NCBI GenBank assembly: GCA_008933015.1
Contig: WBXH01000002.1
Location: 1 to 58,463, forward strand
Source: Verrucomicrobiota bacterium
GTDB taxonomy: Bacteria > Verrucomicrobiota > Verrucomicrobiia > Chthoniobacterales > UBA6821
Direction: 5' to 3'
DNA length: 58,463 bases
The notes beneath the pieces are model-generated. The model ran no database searches and was not told the DNA's origin. It worked only from the letters and a program-made list of their open reading frames with translations. Each line of letters starts with the position of its first letter. Position 1 is the stretch's first letter. This document shows, piece after piece, positions 10,874 through 21,037 of the stretch. The position numbers and the translations under genes were made by a program.

Positions 10874-12676
10874 TCAGGCGACGGGAGTGCCTGGAGTGGG
10901 CCCCTTGGGTTTCACAGTCGAGGAGATGTAGAGTTCCCTGAGTTGCTTCATCTCCGCAACGGCAGGAGATCCGGTAAGAAGTTCTACGCCACGGTTGTTC
11001 TTCGGGAAGGCAATGACTTCGCGGATGGAATCCTCTCCAGCAATCAGGGCCACCAGACGGTCAAGTCCGAGTGCAATGCCTCCATGAGGTGGCGCTCCGT
11101 GGCGGAAAGCTCTCAAAAGATGTCCAAAGAGTTCCTCCTGCTCGTCTTCTCCGATCCCAAGCACAGAGAAAGTCTCGGACTGAAGGTCTCCCTCATGGAT
11201 TCGGATGCTGCCGCCACCGATCTCGACGCCATTGAGAACGATGTCATAGGCTTCGGCACGGATTTCTCCAAGCTTGGCGGGATCTTTGAGCAGATCACGG
11301 TCCTCTTCCTTGGGGCGAGTGAAGGGATGATGCACGGCGTTCCACTTGTTCTCTTCTGCATTGAAGGCAAGCATTGGAAAATCAACGACCCATAGGAAAT
11401 TCAGCTGAAGGGGGTCGATTGCCAGTTTCTGAATCTCTGCGACACGGAGCCGGACGCGGCCAAGAACGGTGCAAGCCGTTTCCCATGCATCGGCTCCGAA
11501 GAGGACAAGATCTCCCTCCTGCATATTGAGGCGAGCTGAGAGGGCTACTTTCTCCTCCTCGCTGAAAAACTTAACAATCGGAGACTTCCATTCGCCATTC
11601 TCAACTTTGATAAAAGCGAGTCCTTTGGCACCTGCCAACTTGGCCATCTCGGTGAGTTCCTCGATCTGACCGGTGGTTATCCCGGCGAATCCCTTCGCAT
11701 TCATCGCCTTGACCACACCACCAGCATCCAGAGCTCCACGGAAAACTTTGAACTGGCTCTGTGCAAAGATGTCACCCGCATCGCTGATCTCCATGGCGAA
11801 GCGGGTGTCGGGCTTATCGCTGCCATAGCGGTTCATCGCATCCGCATGGGTCATGCGGGGAAAGGGCACCGGGATCTCGATGCCGCGCGCCTCTCGGAAG
11901 ACACGCCGGAAGATCCTCTCAATGAGATCCTGAAGATCCTGAGCCTTGATAAAGGAGGCCTCGATGTCGACCTGCGTAAACTCGGGTTGACGGTCGGCCC
12001 TCAGATCTTCATCCCGGAAGCAGCGGGCTATCTGGAAGTACTTATCAACACCGCCTACCATGAGGAGTTGTTTATACTGCTGGGGTGCCTGGGGGAGCGC
12101 GTAAAAGGAACCTGGCGTGAGCCGCGAGGGAACAAGGAAGTCGCGAGCTCCCTCCGGGGTGCTCTTGGAAAGAATCGGCGTCTCGATTTCCCAGAACCCC
12201 TCGGTGTCGAGAGCATCGCGGATCGACTTGGTGACGCGGTGACGAAGACGAAGGTTCGCCGCCATGGCAGGACGGCGCAGATCAAGGAATCGGTGGGTAA
12301 GTCGAAGGTCCTCGTTGGAAATCTTCTCGTCCATCGGGAAGGGAGGGACCTCGGAACGGTTCAGCACAGTTAGCGAGGAAACAATCAGTTCCACGGCACC
12401 TGTGGCAAGTTTTGGGTTTTCAGTGCCAACCAGTCGAGCTGCCACCTGTCCGACAACGGTAATCACATCCTCGGAGCGCAGGCTGTGCGCGGCGATGGCC
12501 GCATCAGCATGAAGCTCGGGACGGAATACAATCTGGGTGATCCCCTCGCGGTCGCGAAGATCGATGAAGATCACCCCGCCGTGGTCACGGCGGGAGGCGA
12601 CCCAACCGCTAAGGGTTACATCACGTCCAATATCAGAAGGGCGCAGGGCGCCGCAGAGGCAGTCACGATAGTGCAT
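10874..12676 (-). CDS. aspS: Aspartate--tRNA ligase
   Basis: 600-aa class IIb synthetase with an OB-fold N-terminus (GWVASRRDHGGVIFIDLRD), QLLMVGG..YFQIARCFRDEDLRADRQPEFTQ, and C-terminal GGIALGLDRL. Confidence 0.95.
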   Translation of the reverse strand: MHYRDCLCGALRPSDIGRDVTLSGWVASRRDHGGVIFIDLRDREGITQIVFRPELHADAAIAAHSLRSEDVITVVGQVAARLVGTENPKLATGAVELIVSSLTVLNRSEVPPFPMDEKISNEDLRLTHRFLDLRRPAMAANLRLRHRVTKSIRDALDTEGFWEIETPILSKSTPEGARDFLVPSRLTPGSFYALPQAPQQYKQLLMVGGVDKYFQIARCFRDEDLRADRQPEFTQVDIEASFIKAQDLQDLIERIFRRVFREARGIEIPVPFPRMTHADAMNRYGSDKPDTRFAMEISDAGDIFAQSQFKVFRGALDAGGVVKAMNAKGFAGITTGQIEELTEMAKLAGAKGLAFIKVENGEWKSPIVKFFSEEEKVALSARLNMQEGDLVLFGADAWETACTVLGRVRLRVAEIQKLAIDPLQLNFLWVVDFPMLAFNAEENKWNAVHHPFTRPKEEDRDLLKDPAKLGEIRAEAYDIVLNGVEIGGGSIRIHEGDLQSETFSVLGIGEDEQEELFGHLLRAFRHGAPPHGGIALGLDRLVALIAGEDSIREVIAFPKNNRGVELLTGSPAVAEMKQLRELYISSTVKPKGPTPGTPVA

Positions 12677-12735
12677 AGGAAAGTGGAAAGGTTAACTGGG
12701 TAAAGGCCGAAAGGTAAAAGGTGAAAAAGACTATC

Positions 12736-13995
12736 TCAGGAAACTGCAGCGCCATGCTCCTCGAGCCAGATGGCAAGAGTGGCGTGATCCAACTCCTGCT
12801 CCATACGGTCGGAAAGTCGTTTTACTTTGACGTTTGGCCACTCGGCTCCGATCACGACCGCATGGGAGGCCCCGAGAGTCTCCGCCGTCCCGAACTGCTT
12901 GCCGACTTTTTCCTGACCAAGCGGGAATCCGACGCGCCATCCGGTGACGCGGAGTTGCTGGGCGAGAGCGAGAGCATTAGACCGGTGACTCTCATCCGCG
13001 ATGACAAGATAGACCTGCAGGGGGGGCTCGGACTTGAGGTAGGAGGCCTCAAGTGACTTGGCAGCAGGAATCTCATTGATCAACTCGAGGAGTACGGCAT
13101 CGCCGACACCGAATCCGACGGCAGGGAGATCGGCCAAGCCGTCACTAAGGTCCGCAAGGAGACGGTCATACCTTCCTCCACCGGCAATGGCCCGGAGATT
13201 GCCTTGCAGCGCAAAAGCCTCAAAAACCACTCCCGTGTAATAGGCCAGTCCGCGCACCACGCCAAGGTCCGGTCGGACGTACGCACGCAACCCGCGGGCC
13301 TCCAGATCGGCAAGCAACGGATCAAGGGCTGGAATCCTCCCGGTGGAAATAAACTCTTGAATCGTCGCTTGAGGGATACCGAAAGGAGCGAGAAGTTCCT
13401 CCGTTTTTTCAAAAGGCATTTTCTCCATCTTGTCCACGATATTGAGAAATTCTCCGGCATGGTCATGCTCGACGCCATGGAGGGTCAGGAAGTCATGCCA
13501 TGCGGAACGGTCACTCAACCTGATTGCAAAATCTTCCGGGCCCAGACCGAAGGATCGGAGCAGGTCGATCAAAAGTGCCACCACCTCGGCATCGGCCGCC
13601 GATGTTGCGTCCCCAACGAGGTCGCAGTTGAACTGCAGGAATTCGCGTAGCCTTCCCCTCTGTTGGCGCTCGTAACGGAAACAGGTGCCGACATTGAACC
13701 ATCGAATCGGTTTGGGGTAATCACGGTGCTTTGAGGCCACCATACGGGCCAGCGTCGGCGTGACCTCAGGTCTGAGAGCCACGGTCCGGTCACCTTTGTC
13801 TGTGAATTCATAGAGCTGGCCGAGAATTTCTCCTCCGCTGTTTTTCTTTCTATAGAGCTCGGCCGACTCGAGAGTAGGCCCATCGAACTCCACAAATCCG
13901 TAGCGCCGCGCAGTATCTCTCCAGAGGCCCGTCAGGTACCGGCGACGCGCAAAATCTTCGGGAAAGAGATCGCGGAAGCCGGGTAGGGTTTTCAT
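12736..13995 (-). CDS. hisS: Histidine--tRNA ligase
   Basis: GFRDLFPED, LRPEVTP, CFRYERQQRGRLREFLQ and GGGRYD are the class IIa HisRS motifs. Confidence 0.95.
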   Translation of the reverse strand: MKTLPGFRDLFPEDFARRRYLTGLWRDTARRYGFVEFDGPTLESAELYRKKNSGGEILGQLYEFTDKGDRTVALRPEVTPTLARMVASKHRDYPKPIRWFNVGTCFRYERQQRGRLREFLQFNCDLVGDATSAADAEVVALLIDLLRSFGLGPEDFAIRLSDRSAWHDFLTLHGVEHDHAGEFLNIVDKMEKMPFEKTEELLAPFGIPQATIQEFISTGRIPALDPLLADLEARGLRAYVRPDLGVVRGLAYYTGVVFEAFALQGNLRAIAGGGRYDRLLADLSDGLADLPAVGFGVGDAVLLELINEIPAAKSLEASYLKSEPPLQVYLVIADESHRSNALALAQQLRVTGWRVGFPLGQEKVGKQFGTAETLGASHAVVIGAEWPNVKVKRLSDRMEQELDHATLAIWLEEHGAAVS

Positions 13996-14106
13996 GAAAT
14001 GAAGCAGAAGTCAAAAACTAGGGGATCGTTCCTCTCTCTTCAACTCTCCAATCGCCAATCTTTATTCCAATTTCAATCCTCCAACTTCCTCCCTTAAGAT
14101 CTTCTC

Positions 14107-14565
14107 ATGAATGTCAGACTCCCCTCCCCTCAACATCTTTTCCTCATCCAGATACTGGCAACCGCCATGATGACAGGGATCATCTGGTTTGTTCAGGTCG
14201 CCCATTACCCACTCTTCGAAAAGATTCCCAAGGAGGGATTCGTAGCCTATGAGAACTGCAACACCACACGGACCGGATGGGTCGTGGGCCCGATCATGCT
14301 TGCGGAAATCGGCGCGGCGCTCGCCCTGATCCTTTTGGGATACAGGATGGCCTTCAATCCCTTGCATCTGATTGCACTGGGTTGCCTTCTCCTGATCTGG
14401 TTAAGTACTCTTTTGATTCAGATTCCACTCCACGGCATCCTCAGCCTACGGGCTGACCCTCACACGATGGATCTGCTGGTCTCGGGCAACTGGATTAGGA
14501 CTATTCTTTGGTCCCTGAGGTTGGCTCTTCTCAGTGTCCTGCTTGGCATGGGGAAGATTTTCTAA
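14107..14565 (+). CDS. Small integral membrane protein, DUF1772-like
   Basis: Four predicted TM helices in 152 aa, with a general resemblance to the DUF1772/anthrone-oxygenase-like family. The call is weak. Confidence 0.4.
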   Translation: MNVRLPSPQHLFLIQILATAMMTGIIWFVQVAHYPLFEKIPKEGFVAYENCNTTRTGWVVGPIMLAEIGAALALILLGYRMAFNPLHLIALGCLLLIWLSTLLIQIPLHGILSLRADPHTMDLLVSGNWIRTILWSLRLALLSVLLGMGKIF

Positions 14566-14669
14566 AAAAAAGGGGATGTTTTCTCTTGCGGGATGGAATT
14601 GCTACAGATAACAAGCCCTTCCCCTAAGTTCCCCTTCCCACTAACAGAAAACTACTTTCAGATACCGAT

Positions 14670-15530
14670 ATGGCCAAGAAATCAGCTCCACCCGCTAAAA
14701 AGAAGGTTGTAAAACCCATCAAAAAAACGGTCCCAAAACCGTTCAAGAAAGCACCCGCAAAGGCTTTGAAATCCAAGGTAAAGCTAGTCGCCAAGGCGAA
14801 AGCCAAACCAACCGGCAAGCCGGTCCCCAAGAAATTGGCTCCCAAGAAATCTCCAGTTAAGACTTTCAAATCGAAGCCAGTTGCTAAAGCGACGACTAAA
14901 ACCAAGCCTGCTGTTAAATCAGTCAAGGCTGTTGTGCCAAAGAAGCCGATTGTTGCCAAAGTCTCCGCAAAGAAAACCTCCAAGACTTCTGCTAAAAAAA
15001 TTACTCCTTCCTTTTCCTCCAACGAAAGGGTTCTGGCGCAGCAATTCATCAGGAAACCCCTAAGCAATAAGAACCTCAAGCTCACCCCTTTCCTTATCAA
15101 ACAACGTCAACGTCTCCTTGAACTCAAGGATACTCTGCTTGATGCCATGAGAGGAGTGGCCAGGGACAACCTGCATGCGGGTACTGAAACGTCTGCCTTC
15201 GGCATGCATCAGGCCGATGCCGGTAGCGATGCCTACGACCGTGACTTCGCCTTGAGCATGCTCTCCAAAGAGCAAGGGTCACTTTACGAGATTGACGAGG
15301 CGCTCAAAAGGATCGAAGATGGTTCGTACGGTGTGTGTGAGACCTGCGAAAAGCCGATCCGACACGACCGCCTTGAGGCCCTTCCTTTCACCCGTTACAC
15401 GGTGGAGTGTCAGGCTGAGCTTGAAAAGCGCCAGCACCATCACAGTGCAAGGCCGCAAATCACCTCTCTCTTCGGCTTGACTGAGGAGGAGACTGAGAGC
15501 GAAGAGGAAGAAACCACCGAAGCCAGCTAA
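14670..15530 (+). CDS. DksA/TraR-family zinc-finger protein with a Lys/Ala/Pro-rich N-terminal tail
   Basis: The C-terminal half aligns with DksA ([17 protein letters not shown] ... [28 protein letters not shown]). About 110 N-terminal residues are KKxxAKP-type low complexity. The C-terminus is acidic ([13 protein letters not shown]). Confidence 0.7.
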   Translation: MAKKSAPPAKKKVVKPIKKTVPKPFKKAPAKALKSKVKLVAKAKAKPTGKPVPKKLAPKKSPVKTFKSKPVAKATTKTKPAVKSVKAVVPKKPIVAKVSAKKTSKTSAKKITPSFSSNERVLAQQFIRKPLSNKNLKLTPFLIKQRQRLLELKDTLLDAMRGVARDNLHAGTETSAFGMHQADAGSDAYDRDFALSMLSKEQGSLYEIDEALKRIEDGSYGVCETCEKPIRHDRLEALPFTRYTVECQAELEKRQHHHSARPQITSLFGLTEEETESEEEETTEAS

Positions 15531-15558
15531 TACGCCGATCAACCAACCACTTACTTTT

Positions 15559-15732
15559 ATGCCACGCGATATCATCACTCTGGAGTGCACCGAAGCCGTT
15601 GCCGAGGGAAAGCCCGTTTCCCGTTACGTCACGACACGTAACAAAAAGAGCCTCAACACCCCTGGCCGTCTTGAGAAGAAAAAGTATAATCCAAATCTTC
15701 GCCGCCACACTCTCCACCGCGAGACCAAGTAG
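15559..15732 (+). CDS. rpmG: 50S ribosomal protein L33
   Basis: Found by manual translation; it is below the ORF-track size cut-off. [57 protein letters not shown] is 57 aa with the L33 pattern Y-TT-N-K...L-KY-P--R-H. Confidence 0.85.
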   Translation: MPRDIITLECTEAVAEGKPVSRYVTTRNKKSLNTPGRLEKKKYNPNLRRHTLHRETK

Positions 15733-15765
15733 TTCCCAGACGGATATTTATCAAATTATTTATCA

Positions 15766-16008
15766 ATGAGCACGCCAAAGACACCCCAGCGCAAGTCCAA
15801 CTTCCGCCGCGCCAACCGCGCCATGCCCCACCGTCGTCTCGACATCTCTACGGATGCGATCGACTTCAAGAACCCTGACCTCCTCAAGAAATTCACAACC
15901 GAGAGTGGCAAGATTCTTCCCCGACGCATGACCGGAGTGGCAGCACACCTCCACCGCAAGATCACCAAAGCGATCAAGCGTTCACGCAACGTTCTCCTGA
16001 TGAAGTAA
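15766..16008 (+). CDS. rpsR: 30S ribosomal protein S18
   Basis: [43 protein letters not shown] is the S18 core. Confidence 0.9.
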   Translation: MSTPKTPQRKSNFRRANRAMPHRRLDISTDAIDFKNPDLLKKFTTESGKILPRRMTGVAAHLHRKITKAIKRSRNVLLMK

Positions 16009-16032
16009 TTAGGAAGAGATCTTTCTTAAAAA

Positions 16033-16060
16033 GGCGACCCCTAAAAGGGTCGCCTTTTTT
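16033..16060 (+). terminator. Rho-independent terminator after rpsR
   Basis: GGCGACCC-ctaaaa-GGGTCGCC is a perfect 8-bp GC-rich stem followed by TTTTTT, 25 nt after the rpsR stop. Confidence 0.8.
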
Positions 16061-16237
16061 ATTGTCCGTTATTGCCCGCACTCAAAAAATAGTGACTTGG
16101 AGGCTAAAAACTGAATCAAGGGCCTTCCCTGCTTTTCCAGGGGTCATACCCAACACAGTAGTATGACTTTATTGCCATGAGACTAATTTAGGTGCCCTAT
16201 GCTGCTGCGATAGAGTAGTCATCCTGTTTTCTAAACC

Positions 16238-16273
16238 AAAAAACTGCCGCCTATGATGTTTGAGCAAGGCGGC
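16238..16273 (-). terminator. Rho-independent terminator after the 16321..16911 gene
   Basis: On the minus strand: GCCGCCT-14 nt loop-AGGCGGC followed by AGTTTTTTGG, about 50 nt after the stop codon. Confidence 0.6.
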
Positions 16274-16320
16274 CGTTCCTCCTCTAAAAACAACTTGGTT
16301 TTAGAGATCCCGAACTCTCT

Positions 16321-16911
16321 TTATTTGGCAGGAGATGGGGAGGACTTCGCGACCGCATCCTGGGCGGCCTGTACGCCTTCTTTTCCGGCTGTCACGACGG
16401 TGCCAACAGTATTGGTTCCGGTCTTCACCGTCCCCACAACGGCTCCATTTGCCGTGGTTGCCGTATCACCAGCGGCATAAACTGTCGTGGCAACTGCTGT
16501 TCCGGCGGTTTCCGCAACGGCCTTCACACCTTGATCGACGGTTTGAACACTCCCCTTTGCAGCTGTCTGCACGGAGTTCTCGACTCCCTTGACGGGATTA
16601 TTGGTGATGAGGGCGCTGCCCGAACCAACAACGGTCTGACCCGCGACAATTGCCGTCTTCACGGTGCCTACCGCCGCAGTGCCCACGGTACCGGCAACCC
16701 CTGTTCCTGCGTTAATAACTGCATTGCCGGCATTCTCGGCAGTACCTGCAACAGTACCCACTGCCTGCACGGATGTGTTTTTTACGGCCGTCAAGGCACT
16801 TGTGTTGGTGTTTGCATCAGGATTCGGAGCTTTTGTTCCCGCATTGGCGGTGGCCATTGCAGCAAGTCCGGAGATTCCAAGAGCGAGGGTGAGTGTGTGG
16901 AGTGATTTCAT
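16321..16911 (-). CDS. Secreted Gly/Ala/Thr/Val-rich repeat protein (11-residue periodicity)
   Basis: I place the start at MKSLHTLTLALGISGLAAMATANA, a signal peptide ending in an ANA cleavage motif. The rest is low-complexity G/A/T/V with a recurring V-x-x-V/G pattern. The gene has its own terminator. Confidence 0.6.
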   Translation of the reverse strand: MKSLHTLTLALGISGLAAMATANAGTKAPNPDANTNTSALTAVKNTSVQAVGTVAGTAENAGNAVINAGTGVAGTVGTAAVGTVKTAIVAGQTVVGSGSALITNNPVKGVENSVQTAAKGSVQTVDQGVKAVAETAGTAVATTVYAAGDTATTANGAVVGTVKTGTNTVGTVVTAGKEGVQAAQDAVAKSSPSPAK

Positions 16912-17047
16912 GTGATTGTGGTTATCACGTGTATTACCCAAAAACATTCGCGTTCCATCAAGGGAATAAATTTTTTGTGGAGAAATTGGCACATAGAATC
17001 CATGGAGCCTCAAGACGCTCCGGCGGGAGCGAAATCACCTCTTCCTA

Positions 17048-17722
17048 CTATCTTAGCAGATCAGGGCGGTTTTTTTTAGTGGCATCCATCGCCCGTTCGG
17101 CACGCCATGTGGCAACAGCCCCATGGTTTCCCGAGAGTAGGACGGGGGGGACTTTCCATCCGTTGAACTCCTCAGGTCTCGTGTAATGGGGATGATCAAG
17201 CAGTCCCGTCTCAAAGGACTCGGTCACTGCGGACTGATCGTCTCCCAGCACTCCCGGAATGAGGCGCGCTATGGCATCGCTGAGCACGAGCGCCCCGAGC
17301 ACCCCATTGGTCAGGATGTAGTCACCTATTGAGATTTCCTCGTCGATCAGATGCTCCACGACCCTCTGATCAATTCCCTCGTAATGACCGCAGAGAAGGA
17401 TCAGGTGCTGCTCCCGGGCGAATTCACGCACGATTGTCTGGCGCAGAGGCTTCCCCTGAGGAGTCAGAAAGATGACTTTGCTCTCGGGTCTGCGGAGTTC
17501 GGCAAGAGCGGCGGCGATCGGTGCAATCTTCATGATCATGCCCGGGCCCCCACCATAGGGCGCATCGTCCACGGTGCGGTGACGATCATTCGTCCAACGG
17601 CGCAGGTCCACAGCCTCGATCGTGATTAGTCCGGCCTCCCTGGCACGACCGAGGATGCTTTCAGCAAGAACACTCTCGGCGATTGCGGGAATCGGTGTCA
17701 GGATTTGGATTTCAATCATCAT
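17048..17722 (-). CDS. trmD: tRNA (guanine37-N1)-methyltransferase
   Basis: TrmD pattern: DDAPYGGGPGMIMK, LLCGHYEGIDQRV, ISIGDYILTNG. Confidence 0.9.
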   Translation of the reverse strand: MMIEIQILTPIPAIAESVLAESILGRAREAGLITIEAVDLRRWTNDRHRTVDDAPYGGGPGMIMKIAPIAAALAELRRPESKVIFLTPQGKPLRQTIVREFAREQHLILLCGHYEGIDQRVVEHLIDEEISIGDYILTNGVLGALVLSDAIARLIPGVLGDDQSAVTESFETGLLDHPHYTRPEEFNGWKVPPVLLSGNHGAVATWRAERAMDATKKNRPDLLR

Positions 17723-17800
17723 GTTTCAAGGGCGCTTGAGTGGTGACTGGCAATGAAGGGGCATGAAGGCGTAGTCTTGCAAGCCTAGCGTCCAACTCTT

Positions 17801-19726
17801 GTGAATAATCGTCGCAATACAGCTCCTGCCAAGGGGAGAAAAAAACCCGTCCGCCTAAGACGTTCGCGTTCTTTTTTGGTGACACTGATCAAGCTTGGCC
17901 TGGCCTTCCTGCTTCTCTGGATCATGGTGGCCGTGTTCTACTACCTCTGGGCTCTGACCTTCGATATTTCGACAATCGGTCAGATGCCTCAGCGGTCCTC
18001 AATTTATGACAGGAACGGAACCTTCTATAGTAGGACGGTTGGGGAAAACAGGGTTGTCGTTCATTACGATCAAGTCTCGCCGAATTTCGTCAATGCACTG
18101 ATCAGCAGGGAGGACTCTCGCTTCTACGAGCATCACGGGATCGATCCCCTTGGCATTGCAAGGGCCGCAATTCGCAATCTGCTCTTCGGCGGAATGAAGC
18201 AGGGTGCCAGTACCATCACCCAGCAACTGGCCCGCAATAGCTTCCCTCTTGGAGGGAAGACCTTTAACCGCAAGTTTCTGGAGGCAGCCATGGCCTTTCG
18301 AATCGAGATGGAGATGAGTAAGGAGCAGATCCTCGAACTCTACATGAACAGGATCTACTTCGGATCGGGACTGTACGGGGTGGAGGCCGCAAGCCAGTCC
18401 TACTTTGGTTGCCCCGCCTCGGACATGGATCTCTCGCAGGCAGCACTCCTGGCGGGACTGATCCGTAGTCCGAACAGATTCTCACCGCTTAACAACATGG
18501 ATGCCTCGATCACACAGCGAAACGTGGTTCTTGGCAGGATGGTCGAACTCGGATCCATTACCCGGGCACAGTTGGAAAAAGCGGAGGAGGAAATCATCAC
18601 CCCAAGCCAGAAGAATCTCGTCAATCCGCTTAACAGCTGGGCTGTGGATGCCATCCTTCACGAACTTGAGCAGGTCGTGGCTCTCGATAGGATCGACACG
18701 GGCGGGCTAAAGATCGACACGACGATCGATGCAGGACTTCAGCGTGCCGCAGAAGTATCCCTTTCAAAAAGGCTTCATGAAGTGGAACAGGGTAAGGAGT
18801 TCCGCCTTCAGCATCATGTTGCCAAGGGGGCCGAACCAGAGGAACCACTCCAAGGTGCCCTGCTGGCGATCGACAATGCCGGGGGGGGCATTACGGCCAT
18901 CGTGGGTGGACGAGATTTTGCAAAGAGTAAATACAATCGTGCACTCGTGGCTATGCGCCAGGTCGGCTCCTCAGCCAAGCCATTTGTCTACGAGGAGGCA
19001 TTCCGGAAGGGAGTCATCACTCCGGAGACTCCGGTGAGCGATGCTCCACTCAACTCTGCCGATTTACCCCCTAATTCCAGGGCCTATAACCCGCAGAATA
19101 GTGATGGCACATTCGGAGGCTATCTTCCCGCCAAGGAGGGACTTGTTCATTCACGTAACACCATGAGCGTGCGCATTGGTGTCAAGACGGGGTTGGGCGA
19201 TATCGCCGGCGCCATGGAGCACCTTGGACTTGCTGAACATATTCCCCGCTACCCTTCAATCTGCCTCGGTAGCTTCGAATCGACGCTCAGAAACCTGACA
19301 ACGGCCTACACCGCGCTTGCAACGGGGGGAAGAAAACTCCAACCGCACCTGATTGAACAAGTGACCGACTCGGAAGGCACGATTCTCTATCGGGCGTCCC
19401 ATGGTCGTATCCCCACTCTCGATCCAACAGCCGCCAGAACGACAACGGCTCTCCTCACTGAAGTCCTGACAAGAGGCACCGCGGCAAGGTCAAGCACACT
19501 CGGCTTGAAAAAGCCTGCTGCCGGGAAGACGGGGACAACGGATCACTTCGTCGATGCCTGGTTCCTCGGATACACTCAGGGACTCACCTGCGGGGTCTGG
19601 GTTGGATTCGACCACCCCAAGACGATCATGCATGGGGGCTATGGTGCAGAACTCGCCCTCCCCATTTGGGTCGATGTTATCCAGTCCGCCGCGGCGGATC
19701 ATTTTGCTGCAGGCCCGCTGCTCTAA
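17801..19726 (+). CDS. Class A penicillin-binding protein (glycosyltransferase + transpeptidase), copy 1
   Basis: GT51 motifs EDSRFYEHHGID and GASTITQQLARN. The transpeptidase motifs are intact: SSAKPF (SxxK), HSRN (SxN), KTGTT. The ORF has a GTG start and an N-terminal TM anchor. Confidence 0.9.
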   Translation: MNNRRNTAPAKGRKKPVRLRRSRSFLVTLIKLGLAFLLLWIMVAVFYYLWALTFDISTIGQMPQRSSIYDRNGTFYSRTVGENRVVVHYDQVSPNFVNALISREDSRFYEHHGIDPLGIARAAIRNLLFGGMKQGASTITQQLARNSFPLGGKTFNRKFLEAAMAFRIEMEMSKEQILELYMNRIYFGSGLYGVEAASQSYFGCPASDMDLSQAALLAGLIRSPNRFSPLNNMDASITQRNVVLGRMVELGSITRAQLEKAEEEIITPSQKNLVNPLNSWAVDAILHELEQVVALDRIDTGGLKIDTTIDAGLQRAAEVSLSKRLHEVEQGKEFRLQHHVAKGAEPEEPLQGALLAIDNAGGGITAIVGGRDFAKSKYNRALVAMRQVGSSAKPFVYEEAFRKGVITPETPVSDAPLNSADLPPNSRAYNPQNSDGTFGGYLPAKEGLVHSRNTMSVRIGVKTGLGDIAGAMEHLGLAEHIPRYPSICLGSFESTLRNLTTAYTALATGGRKLQPHLIEQVTDSEGTILYRASHGRIPTLDPTAARTTTALLTEVLTRGTAARSSTLGLKKPAAGKTGTTDHFVDAWFLGYTQGLTCGVWVGFDHPKTIMHGGYGAELALPIWVDVIQSAAADHFAAGPLL

Positions 19727-19801
19727 TTGCTTTTTTGAGCCCTTTTTGAAGGAGTTCTTTTCCTCTGAATGGAGCCTGTGTATTAAGAAAACTAATACTT
19801 C

Positions 19802-20992
19802 ATGAATATCCACGAATTTCAGGCCAGAGAACTTTTTGCCGAATTCGGCGTCGCCACACAACCCGGTAAGGTTGCCCACTCTCCTGAAGAGGCTGAGAAA
19901 GTTGCCTTAGGCCTATCGGGAGACAGGTTGGTCATCAAAGCCCAGATCCATGCCGGCGGCCGCGGCAAGGGAACTTTCAAAAGCGGATTCAAAGGCGGAG
20001 TGCATCTCTGCAACACGCCAACTGAAGCAAAAGATCTCGCCTCCAAGATGCTCGGTCAGATTTTAGTGACTCACCAGACAGGTCCGGATGGCAAGGAGGT
20101 CGGTAAAATCTTTGTCGGGGAGGCTGTCGATATCGCGAGGGAGCTTTACTTCGCAATCCTCATCGACCGGGCCACCTCAGTTCCTGTTGTGATCGCAAGC
20201 ACCGAGGGAGGGGTCGATATTGAGACCGTTGCGGAAAAATCTCCGGAAAGGATCCTCCGGGTTCCGGTTAATCCTTTTCTGGGTCTGATGCCGTACCAGA
20301 CACGCATTATTGCCTCCTCACTTGGTCTGACTGGCCCGTTGATGAACCAAGCCTCCAAGCTTTTCTTTAATCTTTATCGTCTCTTCACCGAGCGCGACTG
20401 TTCGATGGTGGAAGTGAACCCCCTTGTCGTCACAAACGACGGACATGTTCTGGCACTCGATGCGAAGTTCAACTTTGACGACAACGCCCTCTATCGCCAA
20501 CCCTCGATCGTCGCCATGCGTGATGTCACCGAAGAGGACCAGCGTGAGGTCGAGGCTTCCAAGCACGGCCTTAACTACATCGGTCTGGACGGAAATATTG
20601 CTTGCCTCGTCAACGGTGCCGGACTGGCCATGGCCACGATGGATATCATCCAGCATGCCGGAGGCAGTCCCGCCAACTTCCTTGATGTCGGGGGAGGTGC
20701 CACCCGGGAGCAGGTCGCCTCTGCATTCCGGATCATCCTGGCTGACAAGAGCGTCAAGGGTATCTTGGTCAATATTTTTGGCGGAATCATGGACTGTGAT
20801 GTCATTGCACATGGTATTGTGGAGGCAGCAAAAGAGACGGGGCTTGCTATACCGCTGGTCGTCCGCCTTGAGGGAAATAATGTCGAGGCAGGAAAGAAGA
20901 CCCTAGCCGAGAGCGGCCTCAAGCTTGAGGGTGCCGAGAATATCCTCGATGCGGCGCGCAGGATTGTCGCCGCAGTGAACGTGAACGCCTGA
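19802..20992 (+). CDS. sucC: Succinate--CoA ligase (ADP-forming) beta subunit
   Basis: [13 protein letters not shown]-terminus with an ATP-grasp fold, 396 aa, typical SucC length. Confidence 0.92.
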   Translation: MNIHEFQARELFAEFGVATQPGKVAHSPEEAEKVALGLSGDRLVIKAQIHAGGRGKGTFKSGFKGGVHLCNTPTEAKDLASKMLGQILVTHQTGPDGKEVGKIFVGEAVDIARELYFAILIDRATSVPVVIASTEGGVDIETVAEKSPERILRVPVNPFLGLMPYQTRIIASSLGLTGPLMNQASKLFFNLYRLFTERDCSMVEVNPLVVTNDGHVLALDAKFNFDDNALYRQPSIVAMRDVTEEDQREVEASKHGLNYIGLDGNIACLVNGAGLAMATMDIIQHAGGSPANFLDVGGGATREQVASAFRIILADKSVKGILVNIFGGIMDCDVIAHGIVEAAKETGLAIPLVVRLEGNNVEAGKKTLAESGLKLEGAENILDAARRIVAAVNVNA

Positions 20993-21037
20993 TCCCTTCT
21001 TCATCACTTTTTAACTTTTCACCTTACTACTCTTCTC

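Noticed and set aside
14670-15000. Repetitive DNA in 14670-15000 and 48868-49100 considered as tandem repeats or a CRISPR-like array.
   Set aside because: The repetition is at the codon level (AAG/AAA/GCx/CCx) and encodes Lys/Ala/Pro-rich protein tails. There are no unit-length direct repeats with unique spacers.
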